A program made the translations under genes and the position numbers. Positions 1 to 8,772 of a stretch of DNA of 64,000 bases are shown here, piece after piece. A model generated the notes under the pieces. That model made no database searches and was not told the DNA's origin. It saw nothing but the letters and a program-made list of their open reading frames with translations. Each line of letters opens with the position of its first letter. Positions within the stretch are counted from its first letter, which is position 1. The DNA is from an uncultured bacterium (GTDB lineage: Bacteria; Bacteroidota; Bacteroidia; Chitinophagales; UBA10324), in assembly GCA_963977675.1 (NCBI GenBank), contig CAXBPY010000006.1:3714-67713 (forward strand), written 5' to 3'.

Positions 1-1070
1 TGGTAAGCAAAAGCTATGGCGATTGCAATTCCGGGTGCAAACAAAATCCAGTAGTGACTCATGAATCGGAATCCCGGAACGATGGTGAGGAAGGACAGAA
101 TAAAAAATGAATAGAAAATTATTTTTTCTTCTTTAGAAATTTTCAGAAGCCAACCAATTGCTAAGCCAATTCCGGCAAGCACAAAGAACAATGGTTGTTG
201 ACTTATGATGTCGCCACTGAATCGTTTTAATAAATTCATTCCGGCGCTGAAGGATTGATTACTCAAATAATATTTTCCGGGAAACTCTACAAACCAAAAA
301 AGCGCATCCTTTATCACGCCTAACATTTGTAACCAGATAAATACACAGGCAACGGATATTATTCCGCCTGCGCCAAAACAGAGCATGCGAACTATAGATT
401 GCTTATGGTTTCTTTCCTTCCACCAATCGAACAATAACCATATTCCTGCAAATAGGCAATAAAAGATTCCTGCCTGTTTTATCATCACAGAAAATCCGAG
501 AAGTATTCCGCCTCCCAGGAGAAGAAATAAGTTGTTTTTCATTCTTCCGAGTGAAAACAAGTACAACCCCGCCATTACAAAGAGCAACACTAAAAATTCA
601 GCCTGGATGGTAAACCCAGACATGTTCAGATTCATCAGCAGCAGACCGTAAACCGGAAGAAGCGCCATTGCACTTTTTTTTCCAATGAAATTTCGGAAGA
701 AGAGATAAGAGAAAACAAGAATAAGCGCATACACATAACAGAAACCGGATTGCAAACTCACAGCATCGTAACCAAAAATTTTCACCAGCAAACCATACAC
801 AATGAAAAGCCCAGGCGGTTTCATCTCATAAAAATCTACATAAGGTTTTGCGCCGCTGATGAGCCAATTACCGAGCATGGAGTATGAACCTTCGTCGCGC
901 TCCATGCCAATGCCGATAAAATTTCTTCTGATAAAAAACAGCGCAAGGATTGTGACGCCAACGATTGCAGATTCTGCCCACGGATATTTTTCTGTTAGTG
1001 GAACAGAAGGAGTTTTTGATTTTGAAGGCGAGTGCTTCTGCGGCGCGTTTTGTTTTTGCTTCTTGCTCAT
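1..1070 (-). CDS. GT-C fold membrane glycosyltransferase (ArnT/PMT_2-like), C-terminus beyond window
   Basis: Not in the ORF track because it is open to the window edge. My translation of the minus strand from ATG (plus-strand CAT 1068-1070) gives MSKKQKQNAPQKHSPSKSKTPS...FIGIGMERDEGSYSMLGNWLISGAKPYVDFYEMKPPGLFIVYG..., with no stop down to nt 1. It has many TM helices, and the DEGxY loop and KPPG motifs resemble ArnT-type enzymes. Confidence 0.6.
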   Translation of the reverse strand, partial: MSKKQKQNAPQKHSPSKSKTPSVPLTEKYPWAESAIVGVTILALFFIRRNFIGIGMERDEGSYSMLGNWLISGAKPYVDFYEMKPPGLFIVYGLLVKIFGYDAVSLQSGFCYVYALILVFSYLFFRNFIGKKSAMALLPVYGLLLMNLNMSGFTIQAEFLVLLFVMAGLYLFSLGRMKNNLFLLLGGGILLGFSVMIKQAGIFYCLFAGIWLLFDWWKERNHKQSIVRMLCFGAGGIISVACVFIWLQMLGVIKDALFWFVEFPGKYYLSNQSFSAGMNLLKRFSGDIISQQPLFFVLAGIGLAIGWLLKISKEEKIIFYSFFILSFLTIVPGFRFMSHYWILFAPGIAIAIAFAY

Positions 1071-1282
1071 GAATTGAAAACTGTGTGAGCAAAGTAGTGA
1101 AACAATAAAATGGAATTGAAAATTTTTAGCAGATAGAATTCATTTCAATGATGATAAATAACGACAATTCAGCCAACCGTTCATACAATAGTTAAATTAT
1201 TTCGCTTATTGATGTGAATTTCTTGAAACAAAAAAACTTTCCATCCATAAAAAGGAAAACTATTAAAAAACACTAAATCCTA

Positions 1283-2539
1283 ATGATAAATCTTTTCTCG
1301 TCAGGAAATAATAATCCCGCACCCAAATCAGAGTCAGTTATTACACCCACGGAAGAGCAGGATAACTCCATAAAAATATTTGTGGTCGAAGACAATGACC
1401 TCTATGCCCAGCTTATTGTGAATGAACTTTCAGTAAACGAACAATTGGAAGTAACCATTTATCCAACCGCTGATGCGTTGATGAAGGACTTGTACAAGAA
1501 TCCAAGCATCGTTACGATTGACTACAACCTTCCTGATAAGACAGGAATTGAAGTGATGAAGGAAATTCAATCTTACAATCCGGAGATTGAGTGCGTGATT
1601 CTTTCGGGTCAGGATAAAGTGGAAGTAGTGATTGAATGTTTCAAGCAAGGCGCAGCGAGTTACATTATGAAAAATGATTCTGCATTTGCAGAAGTTGGTG
1701 AGGCGGTGAGCAAAGTGGTGAAGAAGATTAATGAGAAGCGCCAGGTTTCTAAACTTCAGGACCAAATCATTGACAGAAATAAATACAACAAAATAATTGG
1801 TGAGAGCGGAGCGATTTTGAAAGTGCTTCGCCTGATTCAGAAGGTAGAAAAGACAAACATGCTCGTGCTCGTTACCGGCGAATCAGGAACCGGAAAAGAA
1901 GTTATCTCTTCTGCGATTCACTATAACAGTAACCGCGCACGCAAACCTTATGTGGCGGTTAATATGGCTGCAATTCCTGCTGACCTGATGGAAAGCGAAT
2001 TGTTTGGTCATGAGAAAGGCGCGTTTACAGGAGCTGACAGCAAGCGAATCGGAAAGTTTGAAGAAGCAAACGAAGGAACAATTTTCCTCGATGAAATCGG
2101 TGAGATGGATATGAATCTCCAGACAAAACTATTGCGCGTTTTACAGGAAAGTAAAATCACCCGCCTCGGAAGTAATAAAGAAACTCAGCTGAATGTGCGC
2201 GTGATTGCTGCAACAAATAAAAATCTTGCACAGCGAGTGAAGGGCGGAAAGATGCGCGAGGACTTGTATTACAGATTACAAGGATTCCTGATTCACCTTC
2301 CACCCCTTCGCGAGCGCGGCGATGACATCATCATTCTTGCAAAACATTTCTTAAAAGATTTCTGCGAGCGCAACGGAATGGCTCAAAAGAATTTTACTCC
2401 TGATGCTTACAAAGCCATGCAGCGCCACCCTTGGAGCGGAAATGTGCGCGAGCTGAAAGCATTGGTTGAGCGCGCTGCCATCATCTGCGACTCCAACAAC
2501 ATCTCAAGCGACGATATGATTTTCTCGCAAGACATTTAA
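1283..2539 (+). CDS. sigma-54-dependent response regulator (receiver + AAA+ activator domain, no C-terminal HTH)
   Basis: Receiver motifs [18 protein letters not shown]. Walker [15 protein letters not shown] loop (EKGAFTGA), Walker B FLDEIGE, sensor [15 protein letters not shown]. The protein ends about 25 aa after that. Confidence 0.9.
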   Translation: MINLFSSGNNNPAPKSESVITPTEEQDNSIKIFVVEDNDLYAQLIVNELSVNEQLEVTIYPTADALMKDLYKNPSIVTIDYNLPDKTGIEVMKEIQSYNPEIECVILSGQDKVEVVIECFKQGAASYIMKNDSAFAEVGEAVSKVVKKINEKRQVSKLQDQIIDRNKYNKIIGESGAILKVLRLIQKVEKTNMLVLVTGESGTGKEVISSAIHYNSNRARKPYVAVNMAAIPADLMESELFGHEKGAFTGADSKRIGKFEEANEGTIFLDEIGEMDMNLQTKLLRVLQESKITRLGSNKETQLNVRVIAATNKNLAQRVKGGKMREDLYYRLQGFLIHLPPLRERGDDIIILAKHFLKDFCERNGMAQKNFTPDAYKAMQRHPWSGNVRELKALVERAAIICDSNNISSDDMIFSQDI

Positions 2540-2561
2540 ACGATACTTACTCACTCAGGTT

Positions 2562-2603
2562 GAAGAGCCGCTTTCAGAATTGAGAGCGGCTTTTCTGTTT
2601 TTG
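2562..2603 (+). terminator. rho-independent terminator after the sigma-54 regulator gene
   Basis: Stem gaagagccgct (2562-2572) pairs with agcggcttttc (2585-2595), including one GU pair. It is followed by a T-rich run (tgtttttg) and lies 23 nt after the stop at 2539. Confidence 0.6.
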
Positions 2604-2611
2604 AATTCAGG

Positions 2612-2638
2612 GTTGACAACTTTCAGGAAGTTGTCAGC
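2612..2638 (+). promoter_or_regulatory. second hairpin between the terminator and the yqeY promoter (function unknown)
   Basis: gttgacaactt (2612-2622) pairs with aagttgtcagc (2628-2638), 11 bp with one GU and loop tcagg. The left arm contains TTGACA. Confidence 0.2.
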
Positions 2639-2657
2639 ACTAGTTTTAGCAGGCAAT

Positions 2658-2665
2658 TATGTTTG
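2658..2665 (+). promoter_or_regulatory. Bacteroidota -7 promoter box TAnnTTTG (TATGTTTG) for the yqeY-like gene
   Basis: Exact TAnnTTTG match 17 nt upstream of ATG 2683. The box overlaps the ORF-track ATG at 2659, which argues for the downstream start. Confidence 0.4.
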
Positions 2666-2682
2666 CAAAAATTTTTTTCAAT

Positions 2683-3138
2683 ATGAGTTTAGAAAGCACA
2701 ATCATGGGAGAAATGAAGCAGGCGATGCTCACGAAGAACGAAGGCGCACTGCGTGGAATACGCGCCATAAAGGCGGCAATACTTCTTGCGAAAACTGAAA
2801 AAGGAGCGAGCGAAAACCTGACGGAAGAAACTGAAATAAAAATTTTGCAAAAGCTCGCGAAGCAGCGCAAAGAATCAATCGAGATTTTTCAGAAAGAAAA
2901 TCGTGATGACCTTGTGAAGAAGGAACAGGAAGAATTAGATGTAATAGAAAAATTTCTTCCGAAACAAATGGGCGCAGATGAGTTGCGTGAATTGCTGAAA
3001 GGAATTATTGCGCAAGTCGGCGCAACCACTCCGCAGGATATGGGCAAAGTGATGGGCGCTGCTACGAAAGCACTTGCCGGAAAAGCCGACGGAAAAACTG
3101 TGAGCGAAATGGTGAAACAACTTCTCGCCGGAAACTAA
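2683..3138 (+). CDS. GatB/YqeY domain-containing protein
   Basis: MSLESTIMGEMKQAMLTKNEGALRGIRAIKAAILLAKTE... is the typical YqeY N-terminus and the length is about 150 aa. The ORF-track start at 2659 adds 8 aa that overlap the promoter box. Confidence 0.8.
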   Translation: MSLESTIMGEMKQAMLTKNEGALRGIRAIKAAILLAKTEKGASENLTEETEIKILQKLAKQRKESIEIFQKENRDDLVKKEQEELDVIEKFLPKQMGADELRELLKGIIAQVGATTPQDMGKVMGAATKALAGKADGKTVSEMVKQLLAGN

Positions 3139-3149
3139 TTTTATTTCCC

Positions 3150-3180
3150 AACCACTAACCACGAGCTACCAACCACGAAC
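3150..3180. repeat. intergenic word repeat (AACCACTA / ACCACGAG / AACCACGA)
   Basis: aaccactaaccacgagctaccaaccacgaac lies directly upstream of the cvpA ATG. It uses the same CACGA-type words seen at 17293-17320 and 62350-62376. Confidence 0.5.
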
Positions 3181-3182
3181 TC

Positions 3183-3725
3183 ATGCTCATAGATATTTTT
3201 CTTCTCCTCTTTCTTGCTTATGGATTCTGGCGCGGATTCACGCGCGGATTAATTGTTTCAATTTTCAGTGTCCTGGCATGGTTTATTGGTTTGCTGGCTG
3301 CGCTAAAATTTTCTTCTTCGGGCGCAATTTGGATGAGGCAGCATTGGGGAATGAAATCAGATTATACCCCGCTGATTAGTTTTTTTATAATCATGATTTT
3401 AGTTGGCTTGATTGTTTTCTTCATGGGAAAAGCATTGGAAAAAATTGTACAGGTGGCGCAACTTGGCTGGGTGAATAAATCACTCGGCGCGATTCTGAAG
3501 GTCAGCATTTTTTTCCTCATCTACTGCACACTACTCTGGATTATGGATAGAGCAGGAATGATTTCTCCTGAGACAAAAGCGCAAAGCAAGACATTCGGGT
3601 TAATTGAAAATGTAGCTCCGAATTTTTTTGATTTCCTTGGAAAACAAATTCCGGTTTGTAAAGGATTACTTCAGGACATCAGCGCTTACTACAATCAAAT
3701 CCGCTTTCCCGAAATTTTTCGTTGA
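3183..3725 (+). CDS. cvpA: CvpA family membrane protein
   Basis: MLIDIFLLLFLAYGFWRGFTRGLIVSIFSVLAWFIGLLAALKFS is a typical CvpA N-terminus, with 4 TM helices. Confidence 0.75.
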   Translation: MLIDIFLLLFLAYGFWRGFTRGLIVSIFSVLAWFIGLLAALKFSSSGAIWMRQHWGMKSDYTPLISFFIIMILVGLIVFFMGKALEKIVQVAQLGWVNKSLGAILKVSIFFLIYCTLLWIMDRAGMISPETKAQSKTFGLIENVAPNFFDFLGKQIPVCKGLLQDISAYYNQIRFPEIFR

Positions 3726-4295
3726 GTGATACTGCTACTCGACAACTACGATTCATTTACATTCAACTTGCAGCATTGTTTGCTGCAGCTTAATGCTGAG
3801 TGTCTAGTGAAACGAAATGATGAGTGTTCGGCCGGGGAAATTCTGGAAATGAATCTAGAAGCAATAGTGCTTTCTCCTGGACCCGGCAGGCCTGTAGGCG
3901 CTGGAGTTATGGATGAACTCATAGCAAAATCATTTGATAAAATTCCGATACTTGGCATTTGCCTCGGTCATCAGGCCATAGGAGAATTTTTCGGTGCGCA
4001 ATTAGTTCATGCAAAAAATATTATGCATGGAAAAACTTCGGAATTGATTTTCGAAAATCATTTTCTGTTTCAGAATATTCAGCAACCATTTGAAGTGATG
4101 CGTTATCACTCTCTCATTCTCGAAGGCATAGAAAAAACTACTTTGAAAATTATTGCACGCACAAAGGAGAATGAACCGATGGCAATCATTCATCCGGAGA
4201 AAAAAATTTTCGGGGTTCAGTTTCATCCGGAAAGCATTCTCACGCCTCAGGGAATGCAGTTAATAAAGAATTGGTGGAAGTGGATTAAAGAATAA
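3726..4295 (+). CDS. anthranilate / aminodeoxychorismate synthase component II (class I glutamine amidotransferase, TrpG/PabA)
   Basis: LLLDNYDSFTFNL, catalytic GICLGHQ, FGVQFHPES. GTG start abuts the cvpA stop. Confidence 0.85.
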   Translation: MILLLDNYDSFTFNLQHCLLQLNAECLVKRNDECSAGEILEMNLEAIVLSPGPGRPVGAGVMDELIAKSFDKIPILGICLGHQAIGEFFGAQLVHAKNIMHGKTSELIFENHFLFQNIQQPFEVMRYHSLILEGIEKTTLKIIARTKENEPMAIIHPEKKIFGVQFHPESILTPQGMQLIKNWWKWIKE

Positions 4296-4297
4296 AC

Positions 4298-6199
4298 TCA
4301 CCTGTGTGTCGCATTCATAAAATTGAGTGCGCGTTTCGCATCTGCATGATTGGGGTCCAGTTGTAAAGTTTTATCAAAACAAATTCTTGCGCTGTCATAA
4401 TGGTGAGTGGTGAAATAAATTCCCGCCAGATTATACCAGGTTTTAGGATCTGCGGGGGCATACTTTGTTGCTTTTCTGAAATCACTGATTGCTCTCGATG
4501 TATCTCCCTTTTGATAAACTTTAGCTGCGTCATCCAGAAAATCACTCACCAGAACTTTATCAAATTCAGTTAGCTTCGGATGATTGGGTTGCAATGCACG
4601 CGCTTTGTTCCAGAAATATTCAGCACTGTCAATCATTTTTTTTCTATCATATGCAACACCAAGATTCAGGTAAGGGTCGGTGTAGGTCGGATGTATGTTC
4701 GAAGCTTTTTTCAAAAAATAAATTGCACTGTCGTAACGGCTAATTTTTTTTAATGAATCACCCTTCACATCATCGCCATAAAAAATATAAGAAGTGCCTG
4801 CGCCATTATTTGTTCGAGCACTGTTAGGACAAGTTTCAACATCTTTTACAAAAAGAACTTTATCCCGAATCCATTCCTGACTTCGTGCATAAGTTTTTAA
4901 TGAGGCTGGAATACATATCAGAACAATTAATAATCCTGAAATAACTTTTCTGTTCAGTTCATTCAATTTCAATTTTGAAATCAATTTTTCAATTAGCACA
5001 ACAAGAGCAATCAGAAAGCCAAATGACGCCTGGAAAACAAAACGCTCAGCCATTGGCGCTCCGGTATCTACTAACAAATTTGAAGCTATGAAAATGCTGA
5101 AGAAGTAAAATAATATTCCATAAGCTATCAGGTTTTTGTTTCTGATTTCAAGAAAGGCATAAATTAATAGCGCCAGCTGAACAATGCTCGACATTATCAC
5201 CTGCCAATCAAGCAAATTTTTATATGGAATTTCATTGAAAGAATAATCGTAGCTGAGCGGGTGGGGGTAGAAAAGCATGACCAGGTATTTTCCGAGTACA
5301 AACATTTTTGTTGCAAATGCTTCTGTTCCCGTAGCACGCAGATATGGTGCATTCATAATTTCAGTTATGTCTTTATGAACAAAATCCATTACCGAAAAAC
5401 GAATACCGATATAGAAGAGCACAACCACCACAAACGGAATTGTTGCGAGAAAACTTTTTAACCAATTTTTATCAGAGAAACAATAAAAAGTAATTGGAAG
5501 AATCGCAATAAATGTTACGCCATTTTCTTTTGACAACAAGGCAAGAAAAAAACAGATCAGGCTCAGCGGCATCAGCAGAATGTTATTACTGCTTTTTGAT
5601 TTAAAAGAAAGATAAAGTGTTAAGAGCAGAAAAAACCATGAGAGCAATTCATCACGACTCTTGATGTTGGCCACTACCTCAGTATGAATCGGATGAACAA
5701 TAAACAGAAGTGTGATTGCAAATGCTGACCAAATATTTCTGATCATGAAGCGCGCAATTACTTTGAACATCAGAAAACCAATAGCCGCATAAAGCATGAT
5801 GTTGGTAAAATGCATGTAGTGCGCCAACTGAAGATTTGCTTCGGCTCCGCCGTTCTTCCAGCCGAATATTTCTATTTCAGTAGCGAAGCTTAATAAAGCA
5901 AGCGGCCGCCATCTGCCTCCGGTTAATTCACTTGCGCTACCTACAAAACCATAAAAGCTATCCTTCGAAAGAAGATCAGGAATGCCTGCAAATCCTTTTT
6001 GCGTAAATGAATTCATTGTTATGCTGATGATGTCATCCAGCGCCCATTCATTTCTATAAGTAACTGCATATAACAAAGCAGCAATAGCAGCAAGCAAAAG
6101 AGCAAGAACATTAGGCCGCTCAAACCACGCTTGTTTTTTGAGCGTGATCGTTTGTGGAATTTCAGTAACTGACGGGGGAGTTTTTTTCTTCTGCGTCAT
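4298..6199 (-). CDS. TMTC-like GT-C membrane glycosyltransferase with C-terminal TPR repeats (DUF1736-type)
   Basis: N-terminal multi-TM region carries WALDD and HPIHTEVVANIKSRDELL motifs, as in eukaryotic TMTC O-mannosyltransferases. The C-terminal ~170 aa are TPR-like (YLNLGVAYDRKK..., WYNLAGIYFTTHHYDSARICFDKTLQLDPNH). Confidence 0.7.
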   Translation of the reverse strand: MTQKKKTPPSVTEIPQTITLKKQAWFERPNVLALLLAAIAALLYAVTYRNEWALDDIISITMNSFTQKGFAGIPDLLSKDSFYGFVGSASELTGGRWRPLALLSFATEIEIFGWKNGGAEANLQLAHYMHFTNIMLYAAIGFLMFKVIARFMIRNIWSAFAITLLFIVHPIHTEVVANIKSRDELLSWFFLLLTLYLSFKSKSSNNILLMPLSLICFFLALLSKENGVTFIAILPITFYCFSDKNWLKSFLATIPFVVVVLFYIGIRFSVMDFVHKDITEIMNAPYLRATGTEAFATKMFVLGKYLVMLFYPHPLSYDYSFNEIPYKNLLDWQVIMSSIVQLALLIYAFLEIRNKNLIAYGILFYFFSIFIASNLLVDTGAPMAERFVFQASFGFLIALVVLIEKLISKLKLNELNRKVISGLLIVLICIPASLKTYARSQEWIRDKVLFVKDVETCPNSARTNNGAGTSYIFYGDDVKGDSLKKISRYDSAIYFLKKASNIHPTYTDPYLNLGVAYDRKKMIDSAEYFWNKARALQPNHPKLTEFDKVLVSDFLDDAAKVYQKGDTSRAISDFRKATKYAPADPKTWYNLAGIYFTTHHYDSARICFDKTLQLDPNHADAKRALNFMNATHR

Positions 6200-6263
6200 A
6201 TTGAGATTAACCGGTGCGGGTTAAAAATATTTTTATTTTCGCAAACCAAATTTTTTTCAATCA

Positions 6264-6710
6264 ATGAAGTTCAGCGAAATTGTTTCTATTACCGGATTAC
6301 CTGGTTTGTACAGGGTGCTCAATTCTAAATCAAATGGCGTTGTAGTTACCGGTCTTGAGGATGGCAAATCACAATTCATCTCAGCACGAGTACATGCGAT
6401 CTCTAATCTTGAAAGTATTTCAATGTATATGAAAGACGGAGAAACACGCGAGCTCAAATTTATTTTCAGTGATATGCTGAAGATGGAAAATGATACACCT
6501 CCGGCTGATTCTAAAGCTTCAAATGATGAATTGAGAAATTATTTTAAGAAGATTGAACCCAATCATGACACCGAAAGAGTGCATGTAAGTGATATCAAAA
6601 AAGCCATCAAATGGTATCACATTTTAAAATCCAATAACCTGATTAAGAGCGAGGAAGATTGGAAGAAAGAAGAAGGAACTGCTGAAGAAGAAGATAAGAA
6701 AGAAGGATAG
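6264..6710 (+). CDS. DUF5606 domain-containing protein
   Basis: MKFSEIVSITGLPGLYRVLNSKSNGVVVTGLEDGKSQF... matches my recollection of the conserved Bacteroidota DUF5606 N-terminus. Acidic/lysine-rich tail. Confidence 0.5.
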   Translation: MKFSEIVSITGLPGLYRVLNSKSNGVVVTGLEDGKSQFISARVHAISNLESISMYMKDGETRELKFIFSDMLKMENDTPPADSKASNDELRNYFKKIEPNHDTERVHVSDIKKAIKWYHILKSNNLIKSEEDWKKEEGTAEEEDKKEG

Positions 6711-6799
6711 TTGGCGATTAAGGGTTTTGCATACATATTTGCGCCCCCGAAATAATTCGGGTCAAAGCCAACAAAATCATTAGCTCTAAATAACCCAGT

Positions 6800-6964
6800 A
6801 TGAAAAGGACATTTCAACCCTCTAATCGTAAGCGCAGAAACAAGCACGGATTCCGTAAGCGTATGGAAACCAAGGGAGGACAAAGCGTGATCAAGGCACG
6901 CCGGGCCCGTGGCCGTAAAAAACTCACGGTTTCCAGTGAAAAAAGTTTAAAGAAACTTAACTAA
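6800..6964 (+). CDS. rpmH: 50S ribosomal protein L34
   Basis: Below the ORF-track length cutoff. My translation is [54 protein letters not shown] (54 aa). It sits directly upstream of rnpA, as in most bacteria. Confidence 0.95.
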   Translation: MKRTFQPSNRKRRNKHGFRKRMETKGGQSVIKARRARGRKKLTVSSEKSLKKLN

Positions 6965-6970
6965 TCCACC

Positions 6971-7381
6971 ATGTCAGGCGAACCAATTACAGGTTCTGCC
7001 ACTCCGCAAACTTTTAAAAAAGCAGAGCGGCTTACTTCAAAAAAAATTATGGACGAACTCTTTAACCGGGGTTCGTCCTTTGTTTTATATCCGTTCAGGG
7101 TAGGCTCCATCGAACATGACTATAATGTTCCTTCAAAAGTTCAGGTACTGATTTCGGTTCCGAAAAAAAATTTTCCATTGGCTGTGCATCGAAACAGAAT
7201 AAAACGGCTGATACGCGAAGCATACAGGAAAAATAAATTTCTGTTGATTGAAAAAAGGAGCAGCACCAAAAAAAATCTTGCCTTCAGTATTGTGTTCACT
7301 GATAAAAAACTTCCTGATTATTTCCTGGTGGAAGAAAAAATAATTGCCTTGCTGACTCAACTTAGCAGGCAGATAAAATGA
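6971..7381 (+). CDS. rnpA: ribonuclease P protein component
   Basis: [35 protein letters not shown], and position between rpmH and yidD. Confidence 0.9.
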   Translation: MSGEPITGSATPQTFKKAERLTSKKIMDELFNRGSSFVLYPFRVGSIEHDYNVPSKVQVLISVPKKNFPLAVHRNRIKRLIREAYRKNKFLLIEKRSSTKKNLAFSIVFTDKKLPDYFLVEEKIIALLTQLSRQIK

Positions 7382-7602
7382 TTTCAAAAATTTTTTCCCA
7401 CTTTTTTATTCTGCTCATTACTATTTACAAGCGAGCAATTTCTCCGTGGCTGATGCCTGCTTGCCGCTACACACCTACCTGCAGCGAATATGGAATTGCA
7501 GCAATAAAAAAATATGGTCCGTTTAAGGGCGGATGGATGGCTCTGAAAAGAATTGCACGCTGCCATCCGTGGGGCGGACATGGGCACGATCCGGTTCCTT
7601 AA
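7378..7602 (+). CDS. yidD: membrane protein insertion efficiency factor YidD
   Basis: [59 protein letters not shown] overlap with rnpA. Confidence 0.95.
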   Translation: MISKIFSHFFILLITIYKRAISPWLMPACRYTPTCSEYGIAAIKKYGPFKGGWMALKRIARCHPWGGHGHDPVP

Positions 7603-7647
7603 AAAAAAAGATATTGGTTAACTGTTATTAGTTATTAGATAATACAA

Positions 7648-8772
7648 TTAAGAAAGCGACATCGAGATATTTTCTTTTTTCCTTAAGAAAAACTTTTCGA
7701 ACCACTCATAACTCACTACGGAAATAAGAATTGTGATCGCAAGCGCCAAAACAGGGAAGACGATCATATATTGATAAGGAAGAAAAAGAAAATCAATTTT
7801 CAGAAGCAAATCTTTTGCGAGAATGATTCCGAGCGAGTGAAAGCAATAAAGCCCGTAAGAAATTTTTCCGAGATAACTGATGAACGAAAATTTTCCGGCA
7901 TTGAAAATTCTTGCTTCGCTGAAACATTGTTCAGCGATGATATACACGAACAACAAACCAAGAATGATTCGCTCTGCCGCGATCATAATTTCTCCTGTGA
8001 AAATTTTTTGATAGAAAAAAAGAACCAGGAATATTAAGGAGTAAGCCGATAGAGAAAATATTTTCGGAAGGGAAATGAATTTCTTCCACCACGGAAAATT
8101 CTTATTTGCAGAGTATGCGGCAAATCCTCCGATTGCAAAATCACTGAGAATGCAAAGTGTGTTGAAATAAATTTCTTTCTGATCATGAATGAAAAAAATC
8201 CGTGCAGCAATTGAAATCAGAATCAGCAGAAGAAACACAACAGAAATATTTTTTCTGAACCATTTCATCACCAGTGGCCAAACAGCATAAAACTGTTCTT
8301 CTATCGCAATGCTCCAAAGCATCGCAAGCAAGGGTGAAAACGGATCAAGCCCGCGAATGATTGCGAAGTTTAATGTGAAGGTGAGGAAATAAAAAGGCGG
8401 ACAGTTTTCAAAAAATATTTTTCCTGAGAAATGAAAAATCAAGGGCACAACACAAAATGAAAACAAAACAATTCCGAAATACAATGGCCAGATACGGATC
8501 ACACGGCGCAGATAAAATTTCAGAATGCTGAATGAACCGTTCTCCTTTTCTTCTGTAAGTAATAAGTAGGTGATTAAAAAACCGGAGAGCACAAAAAAGA
8601 AATTCACCCCAAGCACGCCTGCTTGCGACCAGTTTTTTACGGAAAAAATAAAATCTGTCGTTTGCATTTCGGGCAGGTAAAATCTCCACGCATGCGATAT
8701 AAATACCGCGAAGAATGCCCAGAAGCGCAGCGCATTCAGGTTTGGGAAAAATATTTTATTCTGAGAGTTCAA
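7648..8772 (-). CDS. acyltransferase family 3 (AT3) membrane O-acyltransferase
   Basis: NLNALRFWAFFAVFISH N-terminal AT3 signature and about 10 TM helices. TTG is the only available start and overlaps the upstream gene by 17 nt. Confidence 0.8.
   Translation of the reverse strand: MNSQNKIFFPNLNALRFWAFFAVFISHAWRFYLPEMQTTDFIFSVKNWSQAGVLGVNFFFVLSGFLITYLLLTEEKENGSFSILKFYLRRVIRIWPLYFGIVLFSFCVVPLIFHFSGKIFFENCPPFYFLTFTLNFAIIRGLDPFSPLLAMLWSIAIEEQFYAVWPLVMKWFRKNISVVFLLLILISIAARIFFIHDQKEIYFNTLCILSDFAIGGFAAYSANKNFPWWKKFISLPKIFSLSAYSLIFLVLFFYQKIFTGEIMIAAERIILGLLFVYIIAEQCFSEARIFNAGKFSFISYLGKISYGLYCFHSLGIILAKDLLLKIDFLFLPYQYMIVFPVLALAITILISVVSYEWFEKFFLRKKENISMSLS

Noticed and set aside
859-1092. Two ~73-aa ORFs in the track (859-1077 plus strand, 868-1092 minus strand)
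   Set aside because: Both overlap the 5' end of the edge-truncated GT-C gene, which reads open from 1070 to nt 1 in another minus-strand frame with clear membrane-protein character.
6735-6780. Small hairpin cccgaa-ataa-ttcggg and a near-consensus promoter (TTTG ... cATATTTG) upstream of rpmH
   Set aside because: The stem is only 6 bp with no U-tract, so it is not a convincing terminator for the DUF5606 gene. The promoter-like box has a mismatch and the spacing to the TTTG is too short, so I did not list it as a feature.
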